This document shows positions 59,103 to 64,000 of a stretch of 64,000 nucleotides of DNA, piece by piece. Both the position numbers and the translations under genes were made by a program. The stretch is from a virus. The stretch's first letter is position 1. Each line of letters opens with the position of its first letter. A model generated the notes under the pieces. That model did not search any database. It saw only the letters and a list, made by a program, of their open reading frames with translations, and was not told the DNA's origin. The stretch spans positions 1 to 64,000 of IMG/VR virus record IMGVR_UViG_3300025168_014097; one strand, 5' to 3'.

Positions 59103-60390
59103 TGTCCATCATATTATTGTAATTATACCCATGTTTCACCTTTACTGGAAACTTGATGGTGTTTATTACGTCTTTTATAAATATCTCTTTGTCGGACAAA
59201 TCAAAGTCAAATAAGAAGGAATCGTACGTATATAGTACAAGTTTTGATTGATACTTCTGCATAACCCCGTAAATCTCCGATAAAATCGAAATATTACTCT
59301 CTGTTTCAAGTGATTGGATGTAATAATTAAACAATTTCTGTGGTGTCATGTTATTTAACACATGTTTATACATCGGTCTCTTAAATAAGTATGTAGGAAT
59401 GTACTTTTCCGCGTTAAATTGATGCCATAACTCTTTTATTAGCTTATCTACTTTTGCAAAGAACTCTATCTGCAGGAATTCTTTTGGTACTCCACCATAA
59501 AGTATTCTAAAACTTATCTCCTTAGACTCCTTATACTCTTTCTTAGTTAGAGTCTGCTTATCAAAATACTGTCTACCAAGATACTCGTGTATAGATCCAT
59601 CTGGTAGTTCGTAATCGAGAACATCAGCTATCAATCTCAAGTGATAAGCATCGAAATCCATCTCTATGAGTTTACCATTTGGAAACCTACTTATAAATCT
59701 TTCTCGAGAACCATCTTCTTTGTTAAGTGCGGCATAGTTTATGCTCTGGAATCTGTTTGAGGGTCTTCCAGTCGTTGTATATGGGTTATACTGTGTGTAT
59801 TCGAAGCCATCTTTTGTATACAATCCCTGTTTTTCTATTTCATGTAATAATGGAATAGTTATATTATTATATTTATCAAAATATTCTTGGTTAATAACCG
59901 TTTCAGGATCTTTGGAAATAAAATCATAATTAGATCTAACACGGTCTATAGATGATGCTCTCTCAACGTGTTTAGTTATTGGAATAATTAAATTTGTATC
60001 TTTACGATTCCAAAACTTAGATGTAAAAAAATCATGAGCTGTAGTACTCGTTTCATCTATAGGTATAATTTGTCCGTAATTTATCCACTCCACCATATTC
60101 ATATCAATCAATTCAATAGTTGGTAACATAAAATACATCAGACTTTTCTTGTCTATTGTATTTAATTTTTTACCACTTAGCTTTGTATTGACTTGTTCTA
60201 AAGTAGCTGTCCAAACAGCTTCTGGGTGGTTCATGGGAATTACATGAATTTCATTCATATTGAAAAAAATCAACATACTCAATGAATTATACATTGGATG
60301 ATCCGTATCATTACAATATATGGGGATTATTACGGAATAATCCGGAATATCAAATTCCATTAGTGATTCATGTGATTCTATTATATTCAT
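59074..60390 (-). CDS. Compact family A DNA polymerase-like protein
   Basis: TTGRPS, DFDAYHLR (motif A), K.ISFRILYG (motif B), NYYIQS, YDS (motif C); only 438 aa. Confidence 0.85.
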   Translation of the reverse strand: MNIIESHESLMEFDIPDYSVIIPIYCNDTDHPMYNSLSMLIFFNMNEIHVIPMNHPEAVWTATLEQVNTKLSGKKLNTIDKKSLMYFMLPTIELIDMNMVEWINYGQIIPIDETSTTAHDFFTSKFWNRKDTNLIIPITKHVERASSIDRVRSNYDFISKDPETVINQEYFDKYNNITIPLLHEIEKQGLYTKDGFEYTQYNPYTTTGRPSNRFQSINYAALNKEDGSRERFISRFPNGKLIEMDFDAYHLRLIADVLDYELPDGSIHEYLGRQYFDKQTLTKKEYKESKEISFRILYGGVPKEFLQIEFFAKVDKLIKELWHQFNAEKYIPTYLFKRPMYKHVLNNMTPQKLFNYYIQSLETESNISILSEIYGVMQKYQSKLVLYTYDSFLFDFDLSDKEIFIKDVINTIKFPVKVKHGYNYNNMMDIEHELKLPN

Positions 60391-60406
60391 AACCTAAATT
60401 TTTATC

Positions 60407-60437
60407 TAATATACGAAATTATATTCGAATACGCAAC
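60407..60437 (-). promoter_or_regulatory. Conserved promoter GTTG-N20-TATATT
   Basis: Minus strand GTTGCGTATTCGAATATAATTTCGTATATTA at the structural-to-replication boundary. Confidence 0.75.
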
Positions 60438-61249
60438 TAATAGCCGCCTGAGCTTCCACCTGAGCTTCCACCTGAGCTTCCACCTGAGTTATAGCTAGAG
60501 TCTCCAGAAGATGTATCAGTTCCACCAGCTGGTGGTGTGATAACTGGAGAATCTCCAGTTGAATTATCCATCATATCAGAATCTTTCATCATAGTTCCAT
60601 CCGGCATCCGGTGCATGCCATCTTCCATTTCCATTGGATGTGGCTTCCAAGCTTTACACCAATAATTTTTCCGAATCCATACATCCCCCCAATTAGTACA
60701 TTTTCCCGCGATGTTGAAATGGCAATTTGAGCACTTTTGAAATCCACTAGATCCTGGTGCATATGCTGCAGGTAGAGATCTTGGTATTGGTGTGTTATCA
60801 TCATATTTTCTTCCAGGAATATCAGGTAGTACATCCGGTTCCAGTAAAGCAAATAATGTAAATGATCTAACTACCTTTATAATTTTTGGATTATCCTTAG
60901 CTACTCGAGCTACGTTTTTACGATTTACTGTGTCAACACCTTTTTTATGGATAATTCCATTAAGATGTCTGTCGAATCGTGGGCCTTTCAACTTCCACGT
61001 GATTTTTACAACCTTCCATAGGTACGGACTTATTCCTTCTGTAGCACTTGCTGATGTGTCAAATTGTTTTTGGTCTATTTCAACTACAACATTACCAAGT
61101 TCACTTATTGCAAAGTATCTATCGAATTTACCATTCTTATATTGTTGTCCTGTTGGTATTGGACTTATAGCTTTTGGTGAAGAAAATACTGTATGGTCTT
61201 TCAAATTAGGGTCTTCTCTCACCAGTTTATCATAGATATAGTCAGCCAT
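60437..61249 (-). CDS. Multidomain hypothetical protein with HiPIP-like Cys4 motif, HxMPDG motif and Ser/Gly tail
   Basis: QKCSNCHF...C...YWCKAW; MHRMPDGTMM; SSGG repeats. Confidence 0.7.
   Translation of the reverse strand: MADYIYDKLVREDPNLKDHTVFSSPKAISPIPTGQQYKNGKFDRYFAISELGNVVVEIDQKQFDTSASATEGISPYLWKVVKITWKLKGPRFDRHLNGIIHKKGVDTVNRKNVARVAKDNPKIIKVVRSFTLFALLEPDVLPDIPGRKYDDNTPIPRSLPAAYAPGSSGFQKCSNCHFNIAGKCTNWGDVWIRKNYWCKAWKPHPMEMEDGMHRMPDGTMMKDSDMMDNSTGDSPVITPPAGGTDTSSGDSSYNSGGSSGGSSGGSSGGY
60444..60488. repeat. 12-bp tandem repeat (CCACCTGAGCTT, about 4 copies) encoding SSGG
   Basis: Seen directly; two exact and two near-exact copies. Confidence 0.9.
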
Positions 61250-63999
61250 TAGCTTTCTCCTCCAATTCCTTCAGTATCGGTTGTATTATTAGCATATGTT
61301 TTATTTTCTGGTAAGTCTACTCCTTCTTTCTTCCAACTAATTGGATCTCTTGTAAATGAAAGTTCTGAAGGTGACTTCTTATCGAGTTGATTTGGATCGA
61401 ATCTTCCACCTCCCGATCCTATTTTATATACACTCATATCTATTGGACGTCTACGCATTATAGATTCTACCGTTGTTTTCCATCCAGAAGTTGTAATGGA
61501 ATGTTTTACGTTAGTAACTTGAAAGCATACTGTATCCTTATACCGTGCAGGTAAGTGAGTTGATAATAATGCATGACCGTAATGAATTCCACTTATTCCA
61601 TCCAATTCAAAACTCATCTTAACTGGTACTATATTATGATCTAATAATGCATTATCTCCTACATTCGCATTAGCTTTATCATTTAGTATAGTTTCTAACA
61701 ATCTACCAGCATTTGATACATGTTCTTCAGTAAGATTATCATGTATATGATATGTTAATAAATGCACAAGTCCTTGAACCCTTCCTTTTACATCTTTAGG
61801 GATTATGAACGTATTATCATCAGCTGTGGGTTCTGCGTTTGATATGGGTACTTGTATATTTTCGTGAGCTAAATCCACAAACATATTTCCCAACTCATAT
61901 AACTTGTTTGGAACCGTCCCATCATCAAAAGCAGTATTATTACCATACAAAGCCATTACAGCCATTGCGTTTGGTATTTTACTCTGCAGAGAATATCCAG
62001 TCACTATGCTGTTCATTCGTTGAACTGGGAATTGAGCTACTACATCTACATGTGAGTTTGCATAATTAGCATCTATAATCTTAGTAGTTCCCGAATCTCC
62101 TTCTCCATCTATTTGAAATTTGAAATTCCAAATATTTCCACATGATTGTGACATTCCATCCAATACCTTTTGCATTGCATCTTTTATTGTTGTTGCATTT
62201 TTAAAACACTTATTTATAAAGTTTGTATTTATAAGTATATGTGGAAGGAATCCATACGTTCTTTCGGTCTTATCTTGATCAGTAAATAATTTAAAACTTT
62301 GAAGTCCCTCAAGTTTCTCGTTTCCTGCTGCATCGGAGATAAATTCAACTTGATTTTGAGTTTGATCGTCAAAGGAGACAACTTGAGATACACCAGTTTG
62401 GCCTGGTAGTATACATATTCTTGGATCTGTTGATGCTAGATATTGATGATTACATATTTTTGTAGGCAAGCTAACTAATTGATACATTTCACTTGGAAAT
62501 GGCGTATCCGGTTCTTCTGGAGCTGTTGAGTAAAAATAAGCTGCTAGATTTTGAGAGCTGTTTTTGAATCCAAAATGATGGCCGTATTGTTCTACTCCTG
62601 ATGCAGCTTCTTCTTTTGATTCTCCAGAAGCTTGGACGGTTTCATCTACTAACTCCTTTTCTCTTCCTTCTATATCTATAGGCTGTATTCCTACTGCTGA
62701 AGAATCTGGAAGAGGGGCTCCCTCTTCTATTGTAAGTCTAGTTTCCGAATCGTTATATTCATTCACTAATGTTTGGAATGCCTCTGCACTTAGTTTTTTA
62801 CCTGCGGAATCAGAAGCTTCTGGGATTCTATTAGGCGGTCCTGCTAGTAGATGGTCTCCACTATCAAACCTAGTATATTTTACTCCTTCTGGGGATTGTA
62901 GTGATATATTATCATTTACTATCTGTTCTAGTACGCTAAATGGTATGAATACGTCTCCATCTGTAATCTTTCTGAATTCTTCGTATATTTTATATGCATC
63001 TGAAAATGCTATTCCTTTGGCTAGTGCGCCTGACTGTTTTGATTGTTGTAATTGACCTTTGAAGCTTGCCTTATTATCTGCGATTGTTTGTACAAATGCA
63101 AAGTTACCAGATGAATCCAATTTCTGGTAGTGTCCCCACATTGGCATAGGATAATCTACCACACGTGGTGTACTAGACTTTAATATGGTTGATTTGAGTG
63201 TTCGAATTTGATTACCTGATCCAATTCCACTATTATTTTCTTTATAACCACCATATATTCCATAAGGACCTCCTGATGAAGGTGCTAGTGGGTTTTGAGC
63301 ACCAGTGCCTGACCCCAGTTTTCCAGCATCTATTCCAGAATGTTGTCGTAACGCGACCTCATTGTCTAATGCAAGGTGTATAACACCAAAATGTCTACTA
63401 ACGTCTCCTGCTGTGAATTTGTGAGGGAATCCAAATGATTTATCACCATCATTACCACCTTTACCTACCACTGCATCTAGCCCCGCCCAAACTGATATTG
63501 CAGTTGAACCGGCTCCAGGTTTGTATTTGGTGAAGTAATGTGGACCTTTACTAGTACCAGACATAGCTTTGACAATATCTGATGCACCTGGAATCTTATT
63601 GTTATTATTCTCTTTGATAAATGCATGAAATTCTTCTAATCCTTTGCCAAATCCAAGTATTGATTCTCCTTGGGGGTGTCGTTTACAAGCTATCCGCATG
63701 GCATATCCGAATGCAGATAGAGGATTTCCTGCTGATAAAAATTTTGGCATAGTATCTGGTACAGTATACTTTTGATGACCCATTCCTTTTGATCCTTTGG
63801 TAATGATGTATTCTTTTGAGACTACAGACATCATAGGATTAATGTAATCATCTGGACTAACACCATTACCACCAGTAAAAGCATTTCCATGATAAGTATA
63901 AGTGGGATCAGTAGCCCCCACTGGTATATATACCGTTGCATAATGATTGTAGAATGCATCCATTAGATTGTTTTCATTCATATATTTGAAATTATTTGT
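61249..63999 (-). CDS. Large structural protein, baseplate-hub-like (5' end outside window)
   Basis: Frame is open to the window edge; C-terminal LDGISG..G...FQVTNVKHSI...WKTTVES resembles the hub/GPD/VgrG C-terminal barrel. Confidence 0.6.
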   Translation of the reverse strand, partial: TNNFKYMNENNLMDAFYNHYATVYIPVGATDPTYTYHGNAFTGGNGVSPDDYINPMMSVVSKEYIITKGSKGMGHQKYTVPDTMPKFLSAGNPLSAFGYAMRIACKRHPQGESILGFGKGLEEFHAFIKENNNNKIPGASDIVKAMSGTSKGPHYFTKYKPGAGSTAISVWAGLDAVVGKGGNDGDKSFGFPHKFTAGDVSRHFGVIHLALDNEVALRQHSGIDAGKLGSGTGAQNPLAPSSGGPYGIYGGYKENNSGIGSGNQIRTLKSTILKSSTPRVVDYPMPMWGHYQKLDSSGNFAFVQTIADNKASFKGQLQQSKQSGALAKGIAFSDAYKIYEEFRKITDGDVFIPFSVLEQIVNDNISLQSPEGVKYTRFDSGDHLLAGPPNRIPEASDSAGKKLSAEAFQTLVNEYNDSETRLTIEEGAPLPDSSAVGIQPIDIEGREKELVDETVQASGESKEEAASGVEQYGHHFGFKNSSQNLAAYFYSTAPEEPDTPFPSEMYQLVSLPTKICNHQYLASTDPRICILPGQTGVSQVVSFDDQTQNQVEFISDAAGNEKLEGLQSFKLFTDQDKTERTYGFLPHILINTNFINKCFKNATTIKDAMQKVLDGMSQSCGNIWNFKFQIDGEGDSGTTKIIDANYANSHVDVVAQFPVQRMNSIVTGYSLQSKIPNAMAVMALYGNNTAFDDGTVPNKLYELGNMFVDLAHENIQVPISNAEPTADDNTFIIPKDVKGRVQGLVHLLTYHIHDNLTEEHVSNAGRLLETILNDKANANVGDNALLDHNIVPVKMSFELDGISGIHYGHALLSTHLPARYKDTVCFQVTNVKHSITTSGWKTTVESIMRRRPIDMSVYKIGSGGGRFDPNQLDKKSPSELSFTRDPISWKKEGVDLPENKTYANNTTDTEGIGGES

Positions 64000-64000
64000 A

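Overview
AT-rich, gene-dense segment of a large lytic dsDNA phage (T4-like replication machinery, jumbo/huge-phage style). All credible genes lie on the minus strand in the standard code. Host clues point to Bacteroidota, probably aquatic: a T9SS C-terminal sorting domain, a Bacteroidota-type QueE, and TTG-N20-TATATT promoters. In transcription order (right to left): (1) partial baseplate-hub-like gene and a protein with a HiPIP-like Cys4 motif; (2) replication/recombination genes (short PolA, ssDNA-binding protein, RecA, 5'-3' exonuclease, DnaB-like helicase, class II RNR); (3) a 7-deazaguanine DNA-modification cluster (FolE, QueE, QueD, a second T-fold DpdL-like protein, a TGT-fold DpdA-like protein, no QueC in the window) interleaved with HPRT, a dCTP deaminase/dUTPase and a P-loop kinase; (4) PolB, clamp, GroES/GroEL, clamp loader and nucleases; (5) a ~24 kb glycan island with about ten glycosyltransferases, ADP-heptose enzymes, three ThDP-dependent systems, PanB, an aldo-keto reductase and an O-methyltransferase; (6) an envelope/lysis region with a YkuD-like hydrolase, a 1158-aa Cys-repeat T9SS cargo, an outer-membrane beta-barrel, coiled-coil membrane proteins and a secreted thioredoxin-fold protein. 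All calls come from motif recognition by eye; no database searches were run. No tRNA, rRNA, CRISPR array or mobile element was recognised.
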